In this document: in pieces, positions 26,579-39,900 of the stretch
Layout of the letters: each line of letters begins with the position of its first letter
Numbering within the stretch: position 1 is the first letter of the stretch
Assembly: GCA_036172245.1 (NCBI GenBank)
Contig: JAYWIR010000022.1
Location: 186,001 to 250,000, forward strand
DNA: 64,000 nucleotides
Source of the DNA: Raillietiella orientalis
Lineage: Eukaryota
Direction: 5' to 3'
Notes under the pieces: model-generated
The model's input: only the letters and a program-made list of their open reading frames with translations
What the model was told of the DNA's origin: nothing
The model's database searches: none
Position numbers and translations under genes: made by a program

Positions 26579-29500
26579 TTACATCTCTTTAAGAAGAAAC
26601 TTTGATTATCAGCAGTAGTGTGAGCACATGGCTTCGCACGATGCGGAAATGAAATTTTTCTTAAATTAATTTCGTGAAACTTTGAAGAAAACAAAGAAAG
26701 TTACTAAATCACAATTCAGCTTAGCAGTGTGGTGCTGAGAGAACAGGAAGCGGAACACTCTCGAGGCGGGGGGAGAGATGAAAGGGATGGAAGCACTCTG
26801 AAGGAACGAGTGAGCTAAAAATTTAGAGGGGAATCTTTGCTCATTTCGCCTCTCAGGGACTCAGGACCCAATATGGGAATGGCTGCAGGAGGAAAACGGT
26901 ACACGACCTGCAGAGCGGCTAAGTTTTTCTTGTTTCTCAGTGGCCTGACGTTTAATGGCACTGCTAATTAACGGCGTTTGCGAGAGCAAAACTTTTATTC
27001 GTAATTACGCGCTCTCGAGCATCTTTCATCCACGGGAAAGCAGCCGGGACGGCTGCAACGGTGGAAGAATTATGAAAACTATGAAAATACCCGAGAAGAG
27101 CGTCGTCCATACTGCAAAAAAAAGTCGGAAGCCCCAAATTGGCTTTTTCTTTCAATTGCTTCGCTTTTTGACATTCACCCGGAATATGGATAAAAGTTCG
27201 GTGCACTGAATTTGGCATCAAAGTAGGGCTAAACCAAAAGCACAAATGCTCGGAAAATGCCCAAAATATTTCGACAGACTGTGCTGGGGATTGGAATTTT
27301 TTATTGGAATTTTTCAATCATAATAAAAAATAAGTAACACTTATCGAGTTTAATTCCCCAGCTGAACAGCGTGTTGACGTAATAAGTAAGATGGCTTCCT
27401 TTCATTGTAAATACGGGCTTTCGCATCCAGCGGGATAGCCGCCGATGGATGATTTAGCAGCTATGCACAGCATCCGTCTCATCATAGCAGCACGCGCCAT
27501 TGAACCCATTCAATCACTCAAAAACTTTTGATGTTTCTCACAAGGAAAATGCCAAGTGAGATGAAAATATGGATCAGCATTCCACTTTCTGAGTTCCTCG
27601 TCGTGGCTCTCCGTATAAATTATATTTTTCTGTTAATCGCGTTTATTAATTTCATATACACTTGCTCTTACGCATTTCATGCACAAGTACAAGTGTACGG
27701 AACATCCCTGTTTCAAAAAATGGAGACCCGGGTAAATGAAAAGGGCACATGCTTACTTTTGTCGAAAAGAGCCCCCTGCCTTCACCTTCATCTACACTTC
27801 TCAGGCCCGAAGTGATGTACACTGAACTTTCCACCAAAGCTGGAACTCGTCTGCACGATTAGCTCGATCACAATCTAAGAAATTCGCACTTCTCTTAGGG
27901 TATCGACCTAATTATAGATCATAAATGGGTACTCTTAACTATGATATGCTTACTCTAGGTATTGTTAAAGTAACTATTTATAGATTGCAAATAGGTGCTT
28001 TGCATTGATTCGTGCGCCATTGTTGAAATTACCTATTTATGGCCCAGGACCCTAGGCTAGAACTACATAGGGTTGCAAATTTCGTACAAAAGCTTAGGGA
28101 GAGATTCGACAATTGCAGAGTCAATTGCTACTCCCCACTTCTCACCCTTTCTGTTTTTCATCAGGATGCTTTTTTTTTTTATTTTTGCAACATCGGAAGC
28201 GAATTACTTGTAATACGATGAATAGTAACACTATGCTGAGCACAGCGGCAACAGCCACGAGATGACTTCCGCTGTAACGTCGACTGGAGTGGGTTGTCGT
28301 GTTGCTTGTGAGGCCAGCTGACTCGAATTCGTGACGCATTACGAACACTGCGCCAACACCTCTCGGAAAGACTGAAAGGATGCCTTTCGGGTTAGAAGGG
28401 AAAGATAAGGAAATGAAATGCTCCACGGTCTTCATGCGGTCGATCGAAATAGCGAGGAATCCCATTTTTGAGATCTCGGAGAGAGCCTGCTGGGGAGAAA
28501 GACGGACTGGAGAAGAGTACAAGGAAAGTAGCCTGAGGGGGATAGAACGAAGGGAGACGTAAGTTCGTGATGGAGCCGCTCTTTATCCCTCAATGAGGGA
28601 ACGAAAGAAGGGATTCGGACTGACGTCAGACGTAGAGCTTGGAAGTGGAGTCTGAGTAAACTTTCAGGGCTCCTCTGCAGCACCGAGTCTGAGGAAGAGG
28701 AGAAACCTCACAATAGGGCGGTTTTCCATGGATGGTGTGCTCCCGGAAGCAAGCCTATACACAGGTCCATATTCTCTTTTTCTTGCTTTTTTTTTCTTTT
28801 TTCTTCGGGAAGAAACTCATCTATGAGACTGTGCGTTCTTCCAGGAGGGCGAAAGCGCGCTTTCAGGAAGCAAGAAACCGAAATTGGTTCGGATCTCTTC
28901 TGCAAAAGGATTCCAGACGAAGGGAGAAGGGAAGCTCCAGAGCAGAAAGGATTCGCACGGGAGGCTGTGTCTTCTGACGCGTGGGAAAGCGTCATTCCAG
29001 TGGAAGTAGTTCTGGAAGGTAGTCGCAAGCTTTTTCCTTGATGATGAGAGCAATTTCAAAAAGGAGGGAGCGACGATGGGGACATCTTTGAGGCGAGATG
29101 GGAGAAGGTGCTCAGGAAAGAAGTGGCGAACGGCTTCAGGCTCCCTCCTGGGAGGAGCACCCCTTCAGGTCCGAGTCCCCATCCCCCGACCATGAATGAA
29201 AAAGGACTTCCCTCTTCCTCCTGAACGGAACGAGGAAATGAAGAGAATGAGTGTCTGGAACATGAGGGGAAGCTGGCGCCATTCCATACGGGAGACGTTC
29301 ACGGGGATCTCCAGCACCTACTCCATGCGCACATCTCTTACCCTGAAGAGATCCACGCTATCCTGCTCGGATGCTCCCTGTAGATGGGATTGCGAGTGGC
29401 CCCCCTTGCCCTTGGGCGGCTCTCACATCTTCCTGCTTCTTCTTCATCTTCTATTTCGAGACGAGAAGAGGAGAGGGCAGGTGGGGTACTGCCGAAGAAT

Positions 29501-31611
29501 TCCTCTAGAGTGTCAACGGGATGTTCTCCGGAAAAGCTTGCAAAAGCACCTTTCGTGAGCCGCGCCCACATTGAGACATTGCCTTCCTCGACGGGCACGC
29601 GCCAGCTGCAGGTCCGGGGTACCGTGCCGCTCGTTTCCGATCCTCCGGGAAGTCTGCGGTCTCCACGCTCGCCGCTCCGGACGAAGGCGCTCGCGCGCGC
29701 GGCCTCGCCGCGCCTCTGGGAACGACTGAGGGGAGCCGAGGAGGGGTGAGGAAGATAGATAGCACCAGGCGGTGAAGACGACCGTTGCCACGGACCGTTG
29801 CTGTCCGCAAGTCGCCTTTTGGGAGTTGGCAAAGCCGCTTTTCCGCTAGCGGGAGCGCCAATGGAAGCTTCCGATTTTTTTCGTGTCCCTCGGTCGAAGT
29901 CCCTGAGCTAACGATCCTCCTGACAACAAGCGGGGGAGTCCCGGCGGTCACACACTCTGGGAATCGTGGAGGAACCGCGACGTGCGTTGGGGCTCGCCAG
30001 GCTACCGGATCGCGCAGAGGAAGGCGTGCCAATTTCAGAAAAGCAGACAGAGGTCAAATGACTCATCCAAGGTCGAGCTGTCGGGCAAAACCAGCGCGCG
30101 CCACCCTGTTGCCGGAAACGACTCGCTCCGGATCTGAATGCGCGTGGGTCGCCAGGCCACCAGATCAGCCGGTGTTGCGGCGTGCAGAGGGACGTTTGCC
30201 GAGTGGGAGCAGAGGAGACTGCCATGCTGCTGGTGCATAGTCACTAAGAAGATCACGTCGCTTGTCGAAGAACAGCAACACCTTCGAGGCAAGGAAGGTG
30301 CATCAGGAAATACACAGAGATGGTTAGGGATGCACAAGAGAGAGAGAGAGCTCCAGTCATCAACAACTTCTTTCGAAACATGGGAATCACTCGGGATTAG
30401 TCGGTTCTCAGGCTCGACAGACCAGCTCCCTTTACTTTGTCCTCAGACATCTGATGGCCGTCGACGCAGCGTAGCAGGTAAGCACGCATGTTCCCCTGGA
30501 GGACCTCCCCCGTCCAAGAAACGTAAACGACTCCTCCCGGTCGCTGCCGAAGACTCCAGCCACAGGACCCTGGAGACACTCGATCGCCTCGGGTTTGCAC
30601 CCAGTCACTGCCGCGCGATGCTAGAGGAACAAGAGGCGAGGTATCAGGAAAGCACCAGCCGGAGGAAAGCCGAACGTGGCTGGAAAAAGGTTGGCAGCGA
30701 ATTCCGGGAATCCGTTCTTCGGCAAGAGCACGCTGCCCACAGTCGCGCCCGAAACCCTGGGGGGAGGTTGTCGTCTGTGGTGTATGCAGTTAGCCGTTCG
30801 ATATCCTCAATCGCAGAATTCATGCAGTGAGCCGCAGTCCTCCAAGAAAGATGATATGTCAATGCAGATGCTGCAGCTAGCCAATCATAGCGATCGTGCA
30901 TGCAGATGAAACGAGCGATCGGGCCTCCGCCTAGCCACACGCGCGCGCTCCACCGCGACTGCAGCGCGCTACTCGCAGTTGCGTAAAGAGCGATTTCAGA
31001 ACTGACGCACGAACTTTGGAGTTCCGTGTTCGCTGTAATGGAATTGACTTGGAAGCACATCTCAGAGCATTTCCCCGTGTGAGCTTCGAGGCCTGTCAAG
31101 AACACTTCCTTCCACTCTTATCATCCGAACCGGAAATCATAAAGAGGACCTTGCAGAATTCCATCCCTAATCATCTATTTTAGTGTTAATATACTCGCTC
31201 TAAACAAAAGTAAATTAATAGGCGGAGTCCACTAGATATTCACCCTGGATGGACTTGATCACTGCTTCTTCCTGATGTGCCCGTGTTTATGTGAAGCGGC
31301 TTACTGGAATCCTTCGGAATGTAATCCCTCAAAGCGCTACGGAGGCTTCAAGCAGCGCTCCTTTGTTTAATGCGTGTTTGTTCTCCGTTTACTAAGAAAA
31401 GACGAGATTTCACCGTTGATTTATTACTCACGTGGTTCTTGTTGTTATTAATTACTTATTTATAGCCTAATTGCGCACTTCCTGAGCTGCGTTCATCTTT
31501 TTTTTTTTTCTTCCTTTCCTCCCCCTCCTCTTATCTGGCATTTGCGCAAGCATTTCCTTCTTGCAGTAGATGATGAGCAGAGAATGTGGCACCTAAAAAT
31601 AATTCCGAAGA

Positions 31612-31631
31612 TGTGTGTGTGTGTGTGTGTG
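31612..31631 (+). repeat. (TG)10 microsatellite
   Basis: Read directly. Confidence 0.9.
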
Positions 31632-32117
31632 TTTTGTTTTTTTCCTCTTAACTGAATGCGAGGCATATATAAAAAGGAAAATTCCCAGAAAATATCCCGT
31701 GTTAATTCCGAAGTCGCTTCCAGTTTTTTGAATTGCGCATCCACCCTCCCGAATTCGAAGAGCTCCGGTTATGAATTTTCAGATGGAGAGTTTCAAATGG
31801 AATGATCGGAGGTACGAAGGGCCCGCATCCATCAGGGATGCAGGGCGTCTTCTCCTTGCTGCTGATTGTTGTCAGGAGCAGTGAAGCAAAATTTAGAATT
31901 GACCGTTCCCTTCATCATCACGGTTTTTATTAGAACTGCCAAAGCTCATGCGAACGCATCCAATGATCGCTGAATCATATGAGGACTCGCAATCCAGGAC
32001 GATCCGTTTCTGACTTTTTTTTCCCCGGTCTCCGCTTCGATCCGCAGGATCTTCGGCAGAGACGCGAAGCGAGCACCCACCGAGCAGGGCACGAATCTCA
32101 CCATCCGGGAATCCCTT

Positions 32118-32630
32118 CCACACTTTCGCGGGAGCTCTGGAGGGGGGGAGTGGGGGAGGGGGAAGGGGGAAAGTTGCGGTTGCAAAAAAGCGCTGCTCCG
32201 GGACCACCGCCAAATCGGAGGGCGCGGCCGGTGGGGGGGGAGAGGGGGGGAGAGTTCGATAGGACGAACACCCCCAGATCAACCTCCTCTCAGGGACGTG
32301 AAGTCAGTCAGTCATCTACTCTTTGAGTCACGAGGACGGCTCGGCCGCTGCCGTCGATCGCTTCAGGGGACTGCAGGAAGGTATTCGGTTTCAGTGCCGA
32401 ATGAAATCTGTTGCTGCGCACAAAAGGAGGTTTGTTTTCAGACTCAGACCCGATTTTGAATGGATACGTTACTCACTCGCTGTTTCTGCCAGTCGTGGCT
32501 CATTTGGCATGAGGCACCAGGATTGCACAAGAACACGTATCGCATTACTCGCAGTGTAACAACACTATCGGCTATCCGCCCCAACTCCCCCCCTCCCCCC
32601 CCCCCCTCCAGAACGCCCGCGAAAGTGTGG
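32118..32630. repeat. Short inverted repeat pair (32118-32176 / 32582-32630), possibly an old MITE
   Basis: ccacactttcgcgggagctctgga versus reverse-complement ccacactttcgcgggcgttctgga (22/24), each followed by G-runs and gttg; no TSD seen. Confidence 0.6.
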
Positions 32631-35600
32631 CGTATCTCCTTCTCCCCGTGGACATCTCTCGTTGTGATGGAAGCACTTTTTGAGAGCAGACACGGTTCGA
32701 GCCCTGCGGAATTGTTCCAACGAGCACTATCCTTCGCACCTGCTACGTATCTCGGCCCACTTGCGGTTGCTTGGCCCACGGATTAGCCCGCTGTACCCCT
32801 GCTGTGGAAAAGAAGACGGCAAGCATCGACGCAGGCACCGCGGTCGGCACTCGACGCTGACAAGGAGGGAGAGGCAAACCACGGCGCGCATTTTTCTCCG
32901 CCGAGGTGCGCTTTCCCCGACCCCCCCTCCCATATGCTCACCCACGGGACGCATTCCACGGACGTGACCGCACACGCAGCTGTCGCTCTCGTGTTTGGTG
33001 CGTTCCGGAATGCCCCCCGTCCAGCCGAGCAGCGGGCGGCCTGCTGCTGCTCCATTGGGAGACAGCCGTCGGCAGCTCACACGTGCTCCCTTCCCATTCG
33101 CTGCCTCCAGTGGCATTGTTGAGGCTTCTGCGGGAAGCCATCTTGGAATCGGATCGCTCGTCGAGCTGCTCCTCATCCCCGAATGTCCCCCCTCCGAGGA
33201 GCGGTCCTCCCTTATCCCGCTAGACGAACCCTCTAAACCCTCGTGCCCTCTTCTCCTCGGCTCGGCAAGCAACTGGTCGTCTGGAGAGCGGAGGCGGTTT
33301 CCCTGGAAATAGGCGTAAACGCGTGTGAATTTCGCCGCTCGTCCTTGTGGTGTGTTCATACTGAGTGGCGTACACCTCCCCACCGTTGCGCTGTTGGGGA
33401 AGCAAACGCGAATTCAACAACTGCGCACCCGGGCACAACCGTGGATCACTCAAGAAGGTAAGAGGACGTCATGCTTACTGAGAAAGTGCAAAGCCTTCCC
33501 TTGACACTGAATGAGTTCCACGTTCGTTCTCCGCGTGCTCCCGTTCATTTCTCTCCATGGCATCGGGACAGATGTGGTGACCCTGAGGGCAGATCCCACT
33601 CACCGACCCCACCTCGGCATGCGTTAGAGGCCAGGAACTCTGCTTCCTTCCTCCCCGCGCTTTTCCGGTCATCTGCACTCGGATTCAAATGAGAAAACCC
33701 AGCAACGTTCTCATCAGCTCGCGGTTCTGGACTGTTGCCGGGATGCTCTGTACCCATGGGATCGTCTCCCTGGTGAGGGCCAAGCGAAGCACGCCTTGAT
33801 AGCCACCTTTCCTTTCTGTGGGCTTGCCTTATCGTGATCTTTACATACAAGGCATTCTGCGGAGGAGGATCTGTAAATGCCCCCTGGGAAAGGGGACGCA
33901 GACCTCATGTCTCTCTTTGAGCCAACTGACCCCGAGGGATCTCTCGCTATCGAAAAGCCAAAGTGGTGAAGCCCACCACAAGCGCCGCTGCGACTTCGTT
34001 CGCGGTCTTCAAGAGAGTCTACCGTTTGCAGCATGGCACCTTCTCTCTAGTCCAGTGCTCCTGTCGATGCCCTCCTGGACTTCGGGAGCTGCGATCCTGC
34101 GTGAACTGGGCCGTGGACATCCTTTCATCTCTGAGCCGGGAGATCCGGTGCGTGCCAACTGTGTGTTCCAAACACCTCTAAGCAAGTGGTCGCGCGCCTC
34201 CTCCGTTGCCCTCTTTGGCTCCGCTCCTCTCTCGTTCCCAAGTTTCCCCATCCCATTCGGAAGCTCCATGGAAACGCGGCTATTTTTTCCGTTTCCGGTT
34301 TTTTTTTTCCTTTTCCGGCCTGTTTGTTTCTCTTCGCGTCGCCCGTGCTTTCGCTGTGATTGTTTCCGCGGCTTAGCTCCTCGGTGCTGGGATGCTCAAT
34401 CGCTGTCCTCATTGTGACTTGCAGTGATCGTTCTGCATCTCTGCTTCCGATAATCTGCAAGCTACCGGTTCCTTCATCCCCCGTATCTCTTCGCCGGTGC
34501 TACAGCCTCTCCCTCCCGAAGATTGCGGATGTTTTATGGAAGCGTCAGCCTACGCATGGGTTTGTGCGCAGCCTCGAAGGATGGGTGGGAGTGTTGCCTG
34601 GGTGACCTGATGGGAAGAAAATGAAGTTCCTTCCGAACGGCGGAGGACGAAAGGCACAGAAGAGTGCTAAATGCAAATCCAAGTGTAGGGAAATTCACAG
34701 ACGAAAGAGGTGCGAGGGAGCCGTGGGATGAGGGGAAACAACTTAAACGCGACGCAATTCGCTTTCTTTCTTATTTACGCGTTTCGGACCCACAACAGCG
34801 ATCACGTGTTGCTATGCGTCCGAAGAGCGTCCGAAGATGACAGACAATAGGGTCCAGGGTTTATTCTTGATTAATAAAATGCTTGCTATGTTTGCTGATA
34901 GGCTCCTGCAATATCAGAGGACAGCAGAGCAGTGCGTGCTCAGATGGCTGTTGATCCGGGCTCTCGTTACGGGGTATCTTCGTTCTTGTTGTCTGAAACG
35001 ATCTTCAGCATTGCCTCCAGCTTAATGATTGCACGGAGCCGGTGAGAAAGATACTGCTGCTCGAATGCCAGTCCAGGAAGAACTGGAACTACTCGTTCCT
35101 TCAGAAGAAACGCGGCTTTGAACCAGACGATGGAGCAGTTGGAGTTTGCTGTGTTCTGGGAAGAAAGAGGGCGTACGGTGCCTGGGAAGGGTTTCTCCTT
35201 GCCGCTGGGCTCACGGAAATCGGTGACTCGTCACTCTGATGGGTTATCGGAAAGCAGGAGACAACAGGAGAGGTGAAGTGAGTGCTGCACGATGCCCTCC
35301 GGCCTGTCACTCAACGGAAGCAAAAACCGGAGGAGTGCTTAGATGTGGCCACATGTGTCAGATATGTCAGCTCCTCGGCTGTCTTCTGAAAATCCGTCTC
35401 AATCCATTCCGTATTCTTCTCCCTACTTGAGTCTCATCGGCAGTTCCATTTTGCTGTCATCCTTCTGCCTTCCACGCAGTGGGGCTTTTTCTCACCAGTA
35501 GCGAATGGGTAATTTTATGGAGCGATACTTGAATTGTTATTTGTTATAAACATACTGGCTACTAGGAAAGGCAAAAGGTTGAAGCTTATTGATCTGACGG

Positions 35601-38149
35601 CTGCTCCCATGAGCCAATGATGAGTGCGCGTCACAAGGAGTTTGTAAATTATGCAGGAGTGATTTCCGCTTCTGCTTCATTGGTCCATTATGATGTATTG
35701 AATGAATATGTAGATTTGCTAAATGCATACTATCATAAATAATGATGCCTAAACATTTCTGTGTACACATACTGGAAAGAAGCTACATTTAGGCTGAAGT
35801 AGGCGTGTTTTCTTCTTCTTCTTCTGCGCAACAATGTATCAGAGATGAAACAATGTGCCTATTGTTTAATCCTAGAGAGGCGATTTCTTCGTGAAGAAGA
35901 CTTTTCCGTGATTTAGAATTATGGTTTAATTGTGAGCACTTGGGAGCCGTAAATGAGTTAGCGCTCCATAGTGTCTTTTTCACCATTCACAGAGAATTCT
36001 AAGAATAATTATTATTCTAAGAATAATAATTCCAAGAATCATTTCTCCCTAGCATTAGGGATCCCGTTTCGTGAAATCAGGCTGAAATTTCTGCAAAAAT
36101 TCTCCTAACGCATGGCACAAATTTTTGCAATTGTTCCAACCGCGTTCGTCCAAGACGAATCAGTGCGATGAGGATACTCCACTCTCACTCTAGGAATAAA
36201 ATGAGTTAAAATGGTAATTTTTCCCTTAGCCACACAAAAAGCAGATGTTGGTAGTGCTTCCCTTGAACCAGATGCTCTGCAGTTTAATTGCCGTCCTGAT
36301 CCATTGTGATTGTCATTCTAAATACGTGCGCATTAGCAATCCTCCAAATCCATACGAGGTGTTTACCATGATAATTGCTTCTGTTTGTCGTGGTACACAT
36401 TTCCTCAACTGATCGTTGATCGTTGAGCAGTTTTCCTCTCTGATATCATCGATTTTGGTCCTTTTCTACTTATTCTAGATACATACATGGAAAAGAAAAA
36501 AAAAGTATCTAAATTTTCCCGATTGTTTTGACGAAATCTACGCAATTCCTTTCTACAATAAATGTCTGGAATGGAGCCGTAAAAAGATGTGCTCTTTTTG
36601 GATCCAAAGCTGAAAATTACGGCAAGTTCACCCATGGTGATTCTCCTATTGGTTCTTCGTCTTTTCATTGCTGTCCCGTGAGCACGCGAAGCGATTTGCA
36701 GGCGTTCGAGTGGCCCAAATGTGGTGGACGGTCACAAAACCTTTAACAGCGAGGCAGCAGTCCTGTAGCACTAGGGAATAAGAAGATTCAGATTAGACGA
36801 AACACTTATTTCGTGGAGTTTGAAAACCTCGCCTCGCAGACGCAAGGCCTTTCCTCGCTCGGGTTCCTCAAAAACAAAGTCCATTCTTTGCATTCTTCTG
36901 GATTGTGAACAAAAACTTTGGTCCCGGAAAGTGACCTTCTGTGTCTAGCTCATCTCAATTCCGGTTAGAACTGGGGTGCCAGCTGTGCCATATTTTCTCT
37001 TGTTTTTTTTCCTCCCCTTAATGGTCTTTGACTGCGACATTGACGGCTGTAGTGCGTTTCAGATTCATAAATCGGACGCACACGACAAACAAAATAAACT
37101 TGTCCATTGGTAGTGCGCCGTCGCCATCCGAAAGCACATTCCCTTTTGTAGCTACAATGAAGATTCTTTCTCCCTTCCCCCTCCCCCTTCTTTCTGGGAA
37201 ATTTTCCCTCAGATCTCACGAGTCAGGCTTCTGAGTTTTGATTGCTAACTTCGGCAAAAAACAGCAAAATGGCGTACGGTCCAGTATTACCCGATCCAAA
37301 GTGAGACGAGATAATCAGATGTTTCCACAAACGTTCTTATCTGCTGAATTATAATCGGCGATTTGTTTATTGGTGCTCCCTTAGAAAATGAACCTGGGAG
37401 CGAACGAAAACCCTGTGATAGAAGACGAGGGCTTACTTTGCAAACTGGAGCACGGATCCCACTGAGGAGATGAGTGCTTCTCTTTTCGACATAACAAGTT
37501 CGATCATTGCCAATGTATGCTTTGCTGCACCAGTGAACTTCGCAATCAGGTTCCAGTGGAGCGCCCACTTGTTTGACTCGGTCTTTTGAACGCTTACATT
37601 TGCGTGCACTTCCACGAGTAGATGGCAACGAAAAACAGCATCCGCCAACCTCAAGCTGGTTCCAGTATGCGTGTGTCGTAAATCGAGTTCCATCTAAACC
37701 GAACTCCTAAACCGAATTTCTGCAGTGATTCTTGCTTATTGCATGAAGAGAGTACCCGTTCTCGAAATAAGCAAGGAGTGGTCCACCCCCCATATGTGGG
37801 AAAAAGTCTTCCAGCGCTCTTCCGAGAACTATCCCGCCAGTTCCTATCCTGTGCTCGCTGATCTCCCGTGTCAGAGCCGTGCAAAACGTAAGCTTGGCGG
37901 GAGCTGCTAATCGAGAAACAAGTGAATGACAGCTCGTGATTTTGATATTTGAGTAAAGCAGGAGTCATGCTGTAGGTAGCAGGTCACGAACGTGACCTCC
38001 GGTAACTCAGAGATGGGATTCAGTCCAGATTCTGCATGCGTTTTACAGTGTTGGGAAGGATTTCCATGTGAAAGAAACTCTCCCATTCAGATGGACCTCA
38101 AAAACCAAAGCTTGCCAACGAAGCAAAGACCCCTTTCTCCCAGAATGCA

Positions 38150-39900
38150 AACAGGTTTCTAGGCATCCTGGGCACAGCGGAAAGACTCGAGTACTTTCAT
38201 CGCCACGAGACATAATTTTCCAAAATGTGGGAACTTTATGGTGGCTAATTAGCCAACGGAGCGGGGACTTGACTTCGTGGTCTCTCCCTCCCTCGTTCGT
38301 GGAAAACTACTTGTCAAACAGCTTCCTCTTTCCCACCACGCAATGGAGGATGCAAGCAAATTCTGTAATCAACCTTAGGTAGCTTATCAAAGATCAGACT
38401 CAGAGGGTGTCAAGGGAACTGTGATACGGAGATATTTTTGAGGGATACCTTGAGTTCTTGTTCTCAAGGGTAGGCAGACCATGACTTGATCATAAGGAAT
38501 TTTGAAACTTTCTGGGTCATCTGCCGCGAAGCAATTGCCCGAGAGTTAGCAGATGTTGCTATCGATTACGTGTGACTTCACCAATGTTGGAACTGTCGAA
38601 GGCTAATCAGCGTGTCACTGGTGCTGTGCTGCAACGTAAGGCCGTCCAAATGCAGTTTGTGCGGTGAATCCCCGTGAGAAAAAATCAGAGACGAGTGCGA
38701 AGCCTGGGGTCCAGAGAACCGAGCTTTTGATGAACCGAAGAACTAGGTCTAAATGTAGAAATGTAGCGTTGCTATAACCTGAAGCTTCTGTGACCTCTCG
38801 ACAAGTGCGAACGGCAACAGCGATGCCCAAATGCGATCACTCTGACGGCAGCGGCAGCACCCTCTGGACGGAACCGAGGAGACTCGGAGGAAAGATACAA
38901 GGGCATACTAGGGATAAGCTTCTACAACGACGATTCCGCAGAATGGAGACAAGAGTCTCCATTCTGCGGTTTATCTACGCGTCGCTTCCTGCGGACGAGC
39001 CCTCCCTCTATAAAGAGTTTTCCTCTCTTCATTAGGTCCTCAAGCTCCTTCGGTAGAGTCTAGAAGAAATCTATCTATTGCTTCCTTGTTCTCTTCTAGC
39101 TTCATGCAGTTCTCCTTCGATGCTCGCACTCCTTCCTTTACTTCATCCATTTTTCGGTTGCAGTAGTACGGGCCTTAGCTGCCTTCCCGGGAGCTCATCC
39201 GACAACGGGAACCATCTCCTTTCCTCGTCTTCTTGCTGTCCTTCAGTCTCCAGTTGCAGTTCTCTTCCAGGCGGAGTTCCCTCTGCAGCCAGACACCTCG
39301 AGCTCTTCCCAACCCTCGTGTCGCTGGCTGTCGTCGCTTCCTTTCTGTCGTCTCCACGCCACCATCAGATTGCATCCTGTCATTTCGTGAAATAAAAAAA
39401 ACTTTCTGAAGGGAAGCGGATGAGATCCTTGGCACCGCGAGGCACTATTCCGTAGAAGGGGAAGCGAGCATCCCGCAGTAAATAATCAGCTGCCGCAATC
39501 AATGCGAGACCATCTCAAGCAAATCAGTTCCGAGCTCCAGGGGAGTTCCAGTGCCTGAGAGATTGCAGTGAGGACTCTGATCTTCTCCAGGAGCGTCCAG
39601 CATCCACGCGAGGGATTCTTGGCACATTGGAGAAGAACAACGCGGACGAGCCCCATCCCTCTGCTGCTATACTCGGAAGATGCGGTCGAAGCTTGATTTA
39701 CTGCTATACTCTCTCCTAGGAAAATGCTTCAAGAGGCGACAGCTTCCTTGCTAACGGGTTGTAATCCTGAAGGATGCTTACCCCGCTACTGATTGCATCT
39801 CCGCTTAAGATCGCTATTTGCTTCCGGTGAATTATTTATAGCATTCTTGGAGAGTGCGATGTAAGTTTCCGTGGGCTGCAACCGCACCATTCCTCCGGAT
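38150..39900 (-). mobile_element. Possible heavily decayed CR1/jockey-type LINE ORF2 remnant
   Basis: Minus-strand fragments in the expected order: GTDLLEMVSH*LRQLI, WLQRELRL, EGA*GPNE, TAFGRPY, GLPTLENKNSR, GRDHEVK; no intact YADD found. Confidence 0.27.

Noticed and set aside
28400..28700. Possible RTE-type ORF tail (PEGDRTKG...W...RRAWK)
   Set aside because: Only scattered residues match
31839..31934. MQGVFSLLLIVVRSSEAK... as an alternative signal-peptide exon
   Set aside because: No good phase-1 donor before the stop; 45493-45556 fits far better
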